A DNA stretch of 64,000 nt from Nitrospira sp. (GCA_047150005.1 AP038806.1:2304001-2368000); one strand, 5' to 3'; positions 30,899 to 41,191 are shown, counted from the first letter of the stretch. Program-made: numbers and translations. Notes: generated by a model not told the origin, from the sequence alone.

Positions 30899-33073
30899 AT
30901 GAACATTCTTCGCACGTTATTGGATCGCCTCTCTGATAGTCTGTTCATCTCCGTGCCGGAGAAGATCAGACTGGCGCGAGACCTCTCGACGCCGCCATTG
31001 CGGCTTATTTCCGACAAGTCGATGCCCGCACCGGCTACGGACACGTTCGGTCGGCGCACGGCCGGTCAAACCGGCAGTCAGCTGGATACCCTCGACGAGG
31101 CGATCAAACGCAGTCAGAGCTGGTTCCTCTCGCGACAACACCCGTCTGAAGGGTATTGGGTCGCGGAGCTCGAAGCGGATACGACGCTGACGTCCGAATA
31201 CCTGATGTTGCGGCGGTTTCTTGATCGCGTCGATCCGGAGCGCGAGCGCAAGGCCGTGCGCTATCTCCGTTCCTCGCAGTTGTCCGACGGCGGCTGGTCG
31301 ATCTATCACGGCGGGCCGTCGGAGATCAGCGCGTCCGTCAAGGCGTATTTTGCCCTCAAGATGTCCGGAGTGTTCGCCGAAGAGCCGTGCATGGTGCGGG
31401 CTCGGGACCGCATTCTGGCCATGGGCGGCGTGGTGCAGGCGAATGTGTTCACCAAGATCACACTGGCCTTGTTCGATCAGTACGATTGGCAGGGGGTTCC
31501 GAGCATGCCGCCGGAGATCATGCTCCTGCCGAAACGGTTCTATTTCAGCATCTACGCCATTTCCTACTGGTCGCGCGCGGTGCTCATCCCGCTGTTGATC
31601 GTCTTTGCCCATCAGCCGGTCTGCCGCCTGCCCAAGGAACAAGGCATTGACGAGCTGTTCGTCACGCCCCGTCCCACCGTCCGGTACCGGCAGTTTCCTC
31701 CCTTCAACAAGGATCAAGGATGGTTCACCCCCCATAACGTATTCGTGGTGCTCGACGCCGTCTTGAAGCTCTATGACCGAATGCCCCTCGCGTGGGTGCG
31801 GGAGAAAGCGTTGTATCGGGCGGCGAGCTGGATGTTGGAGCACATCAAGGGAAGCGGCGGATTGGGCGCCATCTACCCGGCGATGGCGAATTCGATCGTC
31901 GCATTGCGTTGCCTCGGATACCAGGTCGACGATCCGTTGATTCAGAAGGCGTTGCGCGAGATCGAGGAACTTGAAATTCACGATACGGTTACGGTGGGAG
32001 AACAGCGCGTCGAGGCCATGCATCTGCAGCCCTGTCACTCGCCCATCTGGGATACGTCGCTGTTGATGAATGCGCTGGTTGAAAGCGGCATGGCACCGGA
32101 CCAGCTTCCGTTGCAGCGGGCGGCCCGGTACCTGATGTCCCGACAGACGAACACGGTCGGTGATTGGAAATTTTCCTCGCCTCACGCGGAGCCGGGTGGC
32201 TGGTATTTTCAACACGAGAACGAATTGTACCCGGACGTGGACGATTCCGCCGTCGTGCTCATGGCCCTGTCGAAAGTCCGCATTCCTGAAGCGGCCGACC
32301 TCCAGGACTCCATCAAACGGGGAGCGTCGTGGGTCTTGGCCATGCAGGGATCGGATGGAGGTTGGGGCGCGTACGACAAGGACAACAACCGGATCGTCTT
32401 CAATTACATCCCGTTTGCCGATCACCATGCCTTGTTGGATCCGAGCACGTCGGATTTAACCGGGCGGTGTCTCGAAATGCTGGGAGCGCTGGGCGACGAC
32501 CAATCGCATCCGGCCGTCGCTCCGGCGCTGGCCTTCCTCAAACGGGAGCAAGAACAAGACGGGAGTTGGTACGGCCGCTGGGGTGTCAATTACATCTACG
32601 GAACCTGGTCGGTGCTGGCCGGCCTTCGGGCCATCGGAGAAGATCTTTCACAGCCATACATCCGTCGCGCGGTGGCGTGGCTGGAATCCAAGCAGAATCC
32701 GGACGGAGGATGGGGAGAGTCCTGCCTCTCGTACGCCGAGGAGGCGTCGGCCGGCAGAGGAGACAGCACTCCCTCGCAGACCGCCTGGGCCGTCATGGGT
32801 CTGATGTCCGCCGGCATGACCGATTCGTTCAGCGTCGCCAGAGGTATTCAATACCTGCTCCGGCATCAGGCGAAGGACGGGTCATGGGAGGAAGTGTGTC
32901 ATACCGGCACGGGATTCCCTCGCGTGTTCTATCTTCGATATCACTGGTATTGCCAGTATTTCCCCCTGTGGGCCTTGGCGATGTATCGAAATCTCCGGAC
33001 ACGGGGAAAAATGCGGGCCGACGAAGTCAGACAACACGTGTTGTCCCACGGGTCCTATCGGTCCCATATGTGA
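30899..33073 (+). CDS. shc: Squalene-hopene cyclase
   Basis: Catalytic YPDVDDSA (DxDD), QW repeats (QLSDGGW, QGSDGGW, QNPDGGWGE), WYGRWGVNY, TGTGFPRVFYL. Confidence 0.96.
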   Translation: MNILRTLLDRLSDSLFISVPEKIRLARDLSTPPLRLISDKSMPAPATDTFGRRTAGQTGSQLDTLDEAIKRSQSWFLSRQHPSEGYWVAELEADTTLTSEYLMLRRFLDRVDPERERKAVRYLRSSQLSDGGWSIYHGGPSEISASVKAYFALKMSGVFAEEPCMVRARDRILAMGGVVQANVFTKITLALFDQYDWQGVPSMPPEIMLLPKRFYFSIYAISYWSRAVLIPLLIVFAHQPVCRLPKEQGIDELFVTPRPTVRYRQFPPFNKDQGWFTPHNVFVVLDAVLKLYDRMPLAWVREKALYRAASWMLEHIKGSGGLGAIYPAMANSIVALRCLGYQVDDPLIQKALREIEELEIHDTVTVGEQRVEAMHLQPCHSPIWDTSLLMNALVESGMAPDQLPLQRAARYLMSRQTNTVGDWKFSSPHAEPGGWYFQHENELYPDVDDSAVVLMALSKVRIPEAADLQDSIKRGASWVLAMQGSDGGWGAYDKDNNRIVFNYIPFADHHALLDPSTSDLTGRCLEMLGALGDDQSHPAVAPALAFLKREQEQDGSWYGRWGVNYIYGTWSVLAGLRAIGEDLSQPYIRRAVAWLESKQNPDGGWGESCLSYAEEASAGRGDSTPSQTAWAVMGLMSAGMTDSFSVARGIQYLLRHQAKDGSWEEVCHTGTGFPRVFYLRYHWYCQYFPLWALAMYRNLRTRGKMRADEVRQHVLSHGSYRSHM

Positions 33074-33124
33074 TCACTGCGAAGCGGCAGCCGTCGGCCG
33101 TGAACGCTCCTGTCCGGGTGCATC

Positions 33125-33904
33125 GTGAAGCCCGTCGCGATTTTTGCTGCAACTCGATGGGAACTCCGCGCCCTCCATCGCGCCTTTCCGACCGCCCGCG
33201 CTGCCACCCTCGCCGGCCTTCGCTGTTTTGCGGACGAACGGGCTGGCCACTCGTATCGGCTCATTCAAACCGGCGTCGGACCTGAGTCGGCTGCGAGGGT
33301 TGCCAAGACCGTCATGGATGCGCATGCGATGGAATCGATCATTTCCGCCGGGTTTGCCTGTGCATTGGTGCCCGCTCAGGTCGGAGATCTCATGATCGGC
33401 ACACAGAGCATTTCCGCCCGTTCGGAAGACCATTGGAAGGTCCAAGGGGACGTCGTTTCCTGCGACGAGGTGCTGAAAGAGCAGATGCGGGCCCTGGCGT
33501 GGGAAGCGGGCCTGCCCGTACGGACCGGCCGGTTCGTCTCGGTGCCGATCGTGGTGGGGCAAGCTCAGGAGAAGCGGTGCCTTTCCCAAGCGGCGGATGC
33601 GGTCGCACTCGATATGGAGAGCCAGGCGCTCGGCGCCGTGGCGTGGCAGCGGGGTGTTCCGTTCGCCATCGTCCGGACGGTGTCCGATCTACTTGATGAG
33701 GATCTCCCGCTCGACTTCAATCAATTTCTGAGACCCTTCGGATGGCCCAAGGGGTTGCGGCAGGTGCTCGCACATCCCGGCAGTCTTGCCGGCCTCAATC
33801 GGCTGAGAAAACAGAGCGGTCTGGCGGCGGAGCGGCTCACCGATCTCTTCACCCGCTATGCGGCCAGTCGACGTGACGGCCGGGAAATCGGGACCCCCTC
33901 GTGA
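33125..33904 (+). CDS. hpnG: Hopanoid-associated nucleoside phosphorylase/nucleosidase
   Basis: TGVG, SAGFACAL, ALDMES, VRTVSD..DLP (PNP_UDP family); directly after shc. Confidence 0.78.
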   Translation: MKPVAIFAATRWELRALHRAFPTARAATLAGLRCFADERAGHSYRLIQTGVGPESAARVAKTVMDAHAMESIISAGFACALVPAQVGDLMIGTQSISARSEDHWKVQGDVVSCDEVLKEQMRALAWEAGLPVRTGRFVSVPIVVGQAQEKRCLSQAADAVALDMESQALGAVAWQRGVPFAIVRTVSDLLDEDLPLDFNQFLRPFGWPKGLRQVLAHPGSLAGLNRLRKQSGLAAERLTDLFTRYAASRRDGREIGTPS

Positions 33905-34671
33905 ACCGCTTGGTCGAACGAATGGGAGCCCGAGCACTGGCGATGGTCGGTGAAATGGGCCGCATGCTGCTCTTCGTGACTTCGTCGTTCGCGTGGCTTG
34001 CCAGGCCGCCGTTTCGGCCGATACAAGTCGTCAAGCAGCTGCACTTCGTTGGATACAAGTCCATGTTCGTCGTCGTGTTGACTGCGGGCTTCACGGGCAT
34101 GGTGTTGGCGTTGCAGGGGTACTACACCTTGCGTAAGTTCGGATCGGAAGGATTGCTCGGCTCCGCCGTCGCGCTCAGCATGATCCGTGAACTGGGGCCG
34201 GTGCTGGCTGCCTTGATGGTCACGGCGCGGGCCGGTTCCGCGATGACCGCCGAGATCGGCATCATGAGGATCACCGAGCAGATTGACGCGATGGATACGA
34301 TGGCCGTCAATCCGCTCCAATATTTGATCGCCCCGAAGCTACTGGCCGGTCTGATCGGCGTCCCCTTGCTCGTCGCGATTTTCGACGTTGTGGGGATCTA
34401 CGGCGGCTATCTGGTCGGTGTGGAGTTGCTGGGGGGCAATGGCGGCGCGTATTGGAACTCGATCGAGTCCGCCGTCGAATGGAAAGATGTCTACGGAGGC
34501 ATCCTGAAATCGATCAGCTTCGGGCTGATCGTGAGTTGGATTTGCTGTTACAAGGGATTTTTCACCAGGCACAGCGCCGAAGGGTTAGGCTCGGCGACGA
34601 CGGAGGCGGTGGTCCTCTCCTCCGTGTTAATTCTGGTATGGGATTATTTTTTGACGTCGGTGCTTCTCTGA
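33901..34671 (+). CDS. mlaE: MlaE-family ABC permease
   Basis: RELGPVL, RAGSAMTAEIG.M..TEQIDA, GLGSATT.AVV. Confidence 0.93.
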   Translation: MNRLVERMGARALAMVGEMGRMLLFVTSSFAWLARPPFRPIQVVKQLHFVGYKSMFVVVLTAGFTGMVLALQGYYTLRKFGSEGLLGSAVALSMIRELGPVLAALMVTARAGSAMTAEIGIMRITEQIDAMDTMAVNPLQYLIAPKLLAGLIGVPLLVAIFDVVGIYGGYLVGVELLGGNGGAYWNSIESAVEWKDVYGGILKSISFGLIVSWICCYKGFFTRHSAEGLGSATTEAVVLSSVLILVWDYFLTSVLL

Positions 34672-34672
34672 A

Positions 34673-34704
34673 AGGTGAAGGTTGAGGCACCTCGGCCTTC
34701 ACCT
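34673..34704. repeat. 15-bp hairpin between mlaE and mlaF
   Basis: AGGTGAAGGTTGAGG-CA-CCTCGGCCTTCACCT (two G-U pairs). Confidence 0.6.
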
Positions 34705-34712
34705 GCAAGGCT

Positions 34713-35468
34713 ATGATCAGACTCGTCGGGGTGGAAAAGACGTTGGGCGGACAGCGGGTCCTGCAGGGCCTCGACTTGTCCGTGCCGGAGGGACAGCTGA
34801 CGACGGTGATCGGACGCAGCGGAGAAGGCAAGAGCGTGCTTCTCAAGCACATGATCGGATTGATGCAGCCGGATCGAGGCGAAGTCTGGGTGGGAGATGT
34901 AGAAATTTCCCGCTTGAAAGGCAAACGGTTGAACGACGTCCGGAAGCGGTTTTCCATGCTCTTTCAGGGCGCGGCCTTGTTCGACTCCCTCTCCGTCTTC
35001 GAAAATGTCGCCTTTCCCCTCAGGGAGAAGCTTCAGATGAAGGGACCGGAGGTGTCCCGGCGGGTCGAGGAGAAGCTGGAGCAGGTCGGGTTGAAGGGTA
35101 TGGGGCACAAGTATCCAGCCGAACTCAGCGGCGGCATGAAGAAACGGGCCGGGCTGGCGCGCGCGCTGGTCATGGAGCCGGAGATCATCCTGTTCGATGA
35201 ACCGACGACCGGCCTCGATCCGTTGATGGCGAAATCCATCCATGATCTCATCGTCTCGATGCATCGCCGGTTCCGGTTCACGGCCGTCATGGTCAGCCAC
35301 GAGATTCCGGAAGTCTTCGGCATTTCCGACTGGGTTGCGATGCTGCAGCGGGGGAAAATCGCCGCGATGGCGCCGGCTGCGGAGTTTGTGCGGACCGAAG
35401 ATCAGGAGATTCAGGAGTTCATCACCGTCGGCGGCACCCTGGCCTTGCCGAAGGCGGTGGCCGGATAA
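34713..35468 (+). CDS. mlaF: MlaF-family ABC ATPase
   Basis: GRSGEGKS, FQGAALFDS, ELSGGMKKR, DEPTTGLDP. Confidence 0.93.
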   Translation: MIRLVGVEKTLGGQRVLQGLDLSVPEGQLTTVIGRSGEGKSVLLKHMIGLMQPDRGEVWVGDVEISRLKGKRLNDVRKRFSMLFQGAALFDSLSVFENVAFPLREKLQMKGPEVSRRVEEKLEQVGLKGMGHKYPAELSGGMKKRAGLARALVMEPEIILFDEPTTGLDPLMAKSIHDLIVSMHRRFRFTAVMVSHEIPEVFGISDWVAMLQRGKIAAMAPAAEFVRTEDQEIQEFITVGGTLALPKAVAG

Positions 35469-35488
35469 GACGGAGGAGTACGCGTCCT

Positions 35489-35932
35489 ATGGAGAAAGTC
35501 AAGCTTGAACTGGTCGTGGGCATATTCGTACTGATCGGGATCGTCTGCCTCGGCTATCTGTCGATCAAACTAGGGAAGTTGGAATTGGTCGGCGGAAACG
35601 TCTATGAGGTCGTGGCGCAGTTCAATTCGGCATCGGGACTCAAACCGGGATCGGCCGTCGAAATCGCCGGCGTCGAAGTCGGGAGAGTGCGCAGCATCGT
35701 CCTGAAAGACGATCGCGCGGCGGTGACCTTGGCGGTTCATGACCATGTCAAGCTGTACAGTGATACGATCGCGTCCATCAAGACCAGGGGCATCATCGGC
35801 GAGAAGTTTCTCGCGCTGTCACCCGGCGGCGGCGGTGATGCCTTGAAATCGGGAGACACGATCCGGGATACGGAGTCCGGACTGGACTTGGAAGAACTGG
35901 TCAGCCAGTATGTGCACGGGAAGGTCAACTGA
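35489..35932 (+). CDS. mlaD: MCE-domain protein MlaD
   Basis: ELVVGIFV TM, SGLKPGSAVEIAGVEVGRV, IKTRGIIGEKF. Confidence 0.93.
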   Translation: MEKVKLELVVGIFVLIGIVCLGYLSIKLGKLELVGGNVYEVVAQFNSASGLKPGSAVEIAGVEVGRVRSIVLKDDRAAVTLAVHDHVKLYSDTIASIKTRGIIGEKFLALSPGGGGDALKSGDTIRDTESGLDLEELVSQYVHGKVN

Positions 35933-35984
35933 CACGTCGCCGGGATATTCCGGCGAAGCGGCCGCGCAGATGGAGACGGACCAC

Positions 35985-36623
35985 ATGCCACATTTTTTAG
36001 AGCGATTGAGGAGAATCGGTTTCGTGATGGGTGTGAGCGTCGCGCTGACGACCTTGGTCGTCGGAGTCGGTCTCCGTCCTGCCGCGGCCGGGGGTGCCAC
36101 CGAAGCCATGAAATCGACGATCGACGAGGTCTTGAGGATCCTGGGGGACAAGGAACTCAAGCATCCGGAGAAAGCCTCGCAGCGGCGGAAGATGCTGGAG
36201 AAGGTCGTCGGGGACCGATTTGATTATGGCGAGATGTCCAGGCGGTCGCTGGGGGCCGCGTGGACGGGTCTCTCCGCCGCCGAACGGGAAGAGTTCGTCG
36301 ATCTCTTCCAGACCCTGTTGGTCAATACCTATGCCGAGAAAGTCGAAACGTATTCCGGCGAAGGCGTCCACTACATCAACGAGCGCATGGAGAAGGACTA
36401 TGCCGAGGTACGGACCAAAGTCCTGACCGGGAAGACGGAAATACCCTTGGACTATCGATTGTTGTACCGGGACTCCGTCTGGCGGGTCTATGATGTAGTG
36501 GTGGATGGAGTGAGCCTCGTCAACAACTATCGCGGCCAGTTCAGCAAGATCCTCAAGAACGGAACCTTTGCCGAGCTCATCGACCAGCTTCGGAAGAAGT
36601 CGGAAAAAATCCGAACCTCGTAG
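35985..36623 (+). CDS. mlaC: MlaC/Ttg2D (HpnM-like) periplasmic lipid shuttle
   Basis: Signal peptide, FDY..MSRRSLG..W, F..LLVNTY, WRVYDVVVDGVSLVNNYRGQF. Confidence 0.88.
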   Translation: MPHFLERLRRIGFVMGVSVALTTLVVGVGLRPAAAGGATEAMKSTIDEVLRILGDKELKHPEKASQRRKMLEKVVGDRFDYGEMSRRSLGAAWTGLSAAEREEFVDLFQTLLVNTYAEKVETYSGEGVHYINERMEKDYAEVRTKVLTGKTEIPLDYRLLYRDSVWRVYDVVVDGVSLVNNYRGQFSKILKNGTFAELIDQLRKKSEKIRTS

Positions 36624-36643
36624 AGGTCCGGCGTCGAACGCTC

Positions 36644-37846
36644 ATGACGACCCTGTGCGGCATTGTGGTGTTCTGTGCATGCCTGCTCGCGGGAGTCGCG
36701 GTTGTCCGGATTGACACAGCCCGCGCGGACACGCAGCTCTTTCCCGTTCCCTCCGTTTCCACGACCAAAAACGACGGAAACAGCGCGGGGTTGATCGTTC
36801 CCATCTTGGTCACCGATCCGGACGGCGAACTCAAGTACCTCATGGCTCCCATGCTGATCCGAAATTCCATCGTCGGATGGCAGGGGACCCTCAACCTGTT
36901 CCGCTATGATATGGGCGGACGTCAGCTGCACTTCATCGCGTCGATTTCCGAGAAGATTGAACGGAAGCTCTACTTCAATTACACGGACCCGGCGTTCAGC
37001 AACGGGAGATATTTTTTGAACGTCGGCGCCACCTACTTCAAGAACGCGACGGCCCGCTTTTTCGGGCTCGGGCAGACGACGACCGAGGGTGACCAAACCA
37101 ACTACACGGCAAATGAAAGTCGCGCCAACTGGCGCTTCGGCATCTATGCCAACGAAGTGACCCAGATCGCCATCAGCCAGCGGTTTCGTGCGATGCAACT
37201 CCAAGTAGGTGCGACCGACCTGCCTTTTACAGGAGACGTCTACCCCACGGTTCCCGGCGTCCAAGGGGAGACGTATATTCTCGGGAACCGCGCCACTTTT
37301 TATTACGATACCCGTAACAGCCTCGTATCCCCGACCGACGGCATGGCCGTAACGGCCTATGCGGAACTGAACAACAATTTCCGTAACGGGGACCACCCGA
37401 TCTATTCGCGGTATGAATTCGAGGTCAAGAAATTGTTCCCCAGTGAATCGAAGCGCGCGATTCTGGTCGTGCGGGCCGATCTGCAGGCGACGATTGGCGA
37501 GCAGGTTCCGTTCTTCGAACAAAGCTCGTTGGGGGGGCAGAACAACCTGCGAGGGTACGGCGTGGATCGCTACATCGACAAAAATCTCGTCGCACTGAGT
37601 CTGGAGGAGCGCATCCACCTGGCCAGGATGAAAGTGGCGGGGGTGACGGCGGATTTTGAAGTGGCGCCGTTTTTGGACACCGGCCAGGTGTTTGACAGCT
37701 TCAAGGACGTCAGTTTCAAGGACTATCGGATGACGCCGGGAATGGGATTTCGCGGCATCGTCCGACCGAACGTCGTCGGCCGCATCGACTACGGATACAG
37801 CAAGGAAGGGGGAGCCGTCTTCGCCGGTCTGGATTTCCCGTATTGA
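36644..37846 (+). CDS. Omp85/BamA-TamA-superfamily beta-barrel without POTRA domains
   Basis: Signal peptide followed directly by barrel strands, YDTRN, lid motif LRGY..DRY, FLDTGQVF, terminal aromatic (LDFPY); only 400 aa. Confidence 0.78.
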   Translation: MTTLCGIVVFCACLLAGVAVVRIDTARADTQLFPVPSVSTTKNDGNSAGLIVPILVTDPDGELKYLMAPMLIRNSIVGWQGTLNLFRYDMGGRQLHFIASISEKIERKLYFNYTDPAFSNGRYFLNVGATYFKNATARFFGLGQTTTEGDQTNYTANESRANWRFGIYANEVTQIAISQRFRAMQLQVGATDLPFTGDVYPTVPGVQGETYILGNRATFYYDTRNSLVSPTDGMAVTAYAELNNNFRNGDHPIYSRYEFEVKKLFPSESKRAILVVRADLQATIGEQVPFFEQSSLGGQNNLRGYGVDRYIDKNLVALSLEERIHLARMKVAGVTADFEVAPFLDTGQVFDSFKDVSFKDYRMTPGMGFRGIVRPNVVGRIDYGYSKEGGAVFAGLDFPY

Positions 37847-38031
37847 TCGGCTTCTCCGGATGGATTGCAGGGGAAGCCGGTTGCCAGAGAGTGGGCTAAC
37901 TGCTTGACACTAGGGGGGTTCTATGGGACACTATCGAACGCTAGCATGCAAGCCGGTTGACTGCTTCGCTCGAGCCTCTCTATCCGCCTATTCGCGTTGA
38001 GCACGACTTCACGCAAAAGGAGCATCTGCTT

Positions 38032-39981
38032 ATGTCGATCTTGAAGACGATCCACAGCCCCGCCGACCTGAAACGGCTTCCGCCTTCGAAGTTTCCGGCC
38101 TTGTGCCAGGAATTGCGCGAGCAGATCATCGGTGTGGTGTCCAGCGTCGGCGGGCACCTTGCCTCCAATCTCGGAGTCATCGAACTCACCGTTGCGCTGC
38201 ATTACTTGTTGGACACACCCGAAGACAAGATCGTCTGGGACACCAGCAACCAAGCCTACGCGCACAAGCTGCTGACGGGGCGTCGTGAGCAGTTCCATAC
38301 ACTGCGGCAGTACGGAGGCCTGAGCGGATTTTGCAAGCGTGAAGAGAGCGCCTACGACACATTCAACGCGGGACATGCCGGCACCGGCGTTTCCGCGGCA
38401 TATGGCATGGTCGAAGCCAGGGAGCAGCTGGGCCACAAGCATAAGGTCGTCTGCGTCGTCGGCGACGGTGCGATGACGGCGGGCATGACCCTCGAAGGCC
38501 TTCATCATGCAGGGGGGCTGAATAAAGACTTCCTGGTAATCCTGAACGACAATCAAATGTCGATTTCGAAGAACGTCGGAGCCATCTCGTCCTACTTGAA
38601 CCGGACCTTCACCGGCGAGTTTTATACCAAGATGCGCGAGGAAACCGAACAGCTGCTAAGCAAGATCCCTCACATCGGTCAGGATATGCAGAAGCTGGCG
38701 CGCCGTGCGGAGGAACTGGCGCGGGGCGCAATTCTGCCCGGACTGTTGTTCGAGGAACTCGGGTTCCGTTATGCCGGTCCGATCGACGGACACAACTTCG
38801 AGCACCTGCTGCCGACCTTGGAGAACGTGTTGCGTATGAGAGGCCCGGTCCTGCTCCACGTCATCACCAAGAAGGGACTCGGCTATGAACCCGCGGTTCA
38901 GAATCCCGTCTGGTTCCATGCGTGCCCGCCGTTCGTCCGCGAAAGCGGAGTTCCGGCCAAGAAGGCGGCGCGCCCGTCTTACACCCAGATCGCCATCGAT
39001 TCCCTCGTGAAGCTGGCCAGACAGGACAGTCGGATCGTCGCGATCACCGCGGCGATGTGCGAGGGCACGGGGCTCAATGCGTTTGAGAAAGAATTTCCCG
39101 ATCGGCTGTACGACGTGGGTATTGCCGAACAGCACGCGGTGACCTTTGCCGCGGGACTGGCTGCGGAAGGCATGCGGCCCGTGGTCGCGATGTATGCCAC
39201 GTTTCTGCAGCGCGCCTATGATCAGGTCGTTCATGACGTCGCCACGCAAAACTTGCCCGTGACTTTCTGCATCGATCGAGGTGGTCTGGTCGCGGAGGAC
39301 GGGACGACTCACCATGGAGCCTTCGACTTCGCGTACCTGCGGCACATGCCCAACATGGTCGTGATGGCTCCGAAGGACGAAAATGAATTGCAACATATGC
39401 TCAAGACCTGTGTTCAGTACGACGGTCCCGCGTCGGTGCGGTATCCGCGGGGCGTCAGCCTCGGCGTGCCGATGGATCCGGCTCCCGCCGCATTGCCGAT
39501 CGGGAAGGGGGAGTTGCTGCGCGACGGCGACGAGGTTGCCATCGTGGCGGTCGGCGTTCCGGTTTGGCAGGCGGTCAAGGCGGCGGAGCGGCTGGCTGAA
39601 GAAGGGATTTCAACGGCGGTGGTCAATGCGAGGTTTGTCAAACCGCTGGACCGGGACCTGATCTTGAGCGTGGCCAGGCGGGTCCGGTATGTCGTGACCG
39701 TCGAAGAAGGATGCAAGATGGGCGGATTCGGATCGGCGGTGCTTGAAGCGTTGTCGGATGCCGGCGTGACGGGGGTCAGGACCAAGATTGTCGGACTGCC
39801 GGATTGGTACATCGAGCAGGGACCGCAGGATCTTCTGCGTGAGCGGTACGGCCTGACGGCCGAGGGGATCTACGGCAGCGTGAAGGATCTGATCGGAACC
39901 GGGGCCGGCCAGGCTGTAAAGGAAGGTGCGCTGTCCGCGTCGTTGACTCACTCGCCTCACGGCGACGAGCAGGGCAGCTAG
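38032..39981 (+). CDS. dxs: 1-deoxy-D-xylulose-5-phosphate synthase
   Basis: GGHLASNLG, GDGAMTAG..EGL, LNDN, DVGIAEQHAV, FLQRAYDQ, DG.THHG, VRYPRG. Confidence 0.97.
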   Translation: MSILKTIHSPADLKRLPPSKFPALCQELREQIIGVVSSVGGHLASNLGVIELTVALHYLLDTPEDKIVWDTSNQAYAHKLLTGRREQFHTLRQYGGLSGFCKREESAYDTFNAGHAGTGVSAAYGMVEAREQLGHKHKVVCVVGDGAMTAGMTLEGLHHAGGLNKDFLVILNDNQMSISKNVGAISSYLNRTFTGEFYTKMREETEQLLSKIPHIGQDMQKLARRAEELARGAILPGLLFEELGFRYAGPIDGHNFEHLLPTLENVLRMRGPVLLHVITKKGLGYEPAVQNPVWFHACPPFVRESGVPAKKAARPSYTQIAIDSLVKLARQDSRIVAITAAMCEGTGLNAFEKEFPDRLYDVGIAEQHAVTFAAGLAAEGMRPVVAMYATFLQRAYDQVVHDVATQNLPVTFCIDRGGLVAEDGTTHHGAFDFAYLRHMPNMVVMAPKDENELQHMLKTCVQYDGPASVRYPRGVSLGVPMDPAPAALPIGKGELLRDGDEVAIVAVGVPVWQAVKAAERLAEEGISTAVVNARFVKPLDRDLILSVARRVRYVVTVEEGCKMGGFGSAVLEALSDAGVTGVRTKIVGLPDWYIEQGPQDLLRERYGLTAEGIYGSVKDLIGTGAGQAVKEGALSASLTHSPHGDEQGS

Positions 39982-40009
39982 CGCGCAGACGCGAGAACGA
40001 GAAGACCTC

Positions 40010-41191
40010 ATGCACATTACAAGACGGAAGACACGGCAGATTCACGTCGGCACGGTGAAGATCGGAGGCGATGCACCCGTTTCCGTTCAATCCATGTGTT
40101 CGACCGACACTCGTGATGTGGCGGCGACCGTGGAGCAGATCCGACAGCTGGAAGCGGCGGGTTGCGAACTCATCCGGGTCGCCGTTCCCGACGAAGACGC
40201 TGCGGCGGCCTTGCCGAAGATCAAGGCCGCCATGACCGTGCCCCTGATCGCCGACATTCATTTCGATCATCGGTTGGCGCTCCAGGCGGCCGCGATCGTG
40301 GATTGCGTCAGGATCAATCCCGGCAACATCGGCGCCTGGTGGAAAGTCGAAGAAGTCATCAAGGCTGTCAACGACCGGGGTATTCCTCTGCGCGTCGGCG
40401 TCAACGGCGGCTCGCTGGAGCGTCCGCTGCTCGACAAATACGGATGGCCGTCTCCCGAGGCCCTGGCGGAATCCGCGCTCAATGCCGTCCATGCGCTGGA
40501 AGACGTGGGCTTTACCAACATGAAGGTCTCGCTCAAGGCGTCCGACGTGCACCACGCCATCGACGCCTACTGGTTGTTCGCTCACCAATCGAACTATCCC
40601 TTGCACATCGGCATCACGGAAGCCGGCACCGCGATGACGGGAGCGGTCAAGTCGGCAATGGGGCTTGGATACTTGCTCTCCCAAGGCATCGGCGACACGA
40701 TGCGCGTGTCGCTCGCCGCCGATCCGGTCGAAGAGGTCAAGGTCGGCTTTGAAATCCTGAAGTCGCTTGAACTTCGTCATCGCGGCATCAACGTCATCGC
40801 CTGTCCCACATGCGGGCGGGTCGAGATCGACGTGGTCCGTATGGCCAATGAGCTGGAGAAGAAGCTCGGCCACATCAAGACTCCGCTGAATGTGTCCGTG
40901 CTCGGGTGCGTCGTCAACGGCATCGGGGAAGGAAAGGAAGCGGACATCGGGATCGCCGGCGGCGAAGGCAAAGGCATCCTCTTCAAGAAAGGCAAGTTGG
41001 TCCGCAAGGTGCCGATCGAAGAACTCATGGATACGTTGATCCAGGAAGTTGAGTTGCTGGCCAAGGAAAAAGAAGCCGAAGGGAGCGGCGACGCGCACGG
41101 TTCTGCCGACGAACGATGGGAACCGCTTGCTCCCCAATCGGACCAACCCTCGACGCTCGGACGGGAGATCCCCGTTCTTCCCAATCGCTGA
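40010..41191 (+). CDS. ispG: HMBPP synthase (GcpE)
   Basis: VQSM, ADIHF, RINPGN, GVNGGSL, HIGITEAG, ACPTCGR, GCVVNG.GE. Confidence 0.97.
   Translation: MHITRRKTRQIHVGTVKIGGDAPVSVQSMCSTDTRDVAATVEQIRQLEAAGCELIRVAVPDEDAAAALPKIKAAMTVPLIADIHFDHRLALQAAAIVDCVRINPGNIGAWWKVEEVIKAVNDRGIPLRVGVNGGSLERPLLDKYGWPSPEALAESALNAVHALEDVGFTNMKVSLKASDVHHAIDAYWLFAHQSNYPLHIGITEAGTAMTGAVKSAMGLGYLLSQGIGDTMRVSLAADPVEEVKVGFEILKSLELRHRGINVIACPTCGRVEIDVVRMANELEKKLGHIKTPLNVSVLGCVVNGIGEGKEADIGIAGGEGKGILFKKGKLVRKVPIEELMDTLIQEVELLAKEKEAEGSGDAHGSADERWEPLAPQSDQPSTLGREIPVLPNR

Noticed and set aside
30917..32428. 503-aa minus-strand ORF
   Set aside because: Antisense to shc, no recognisable domain
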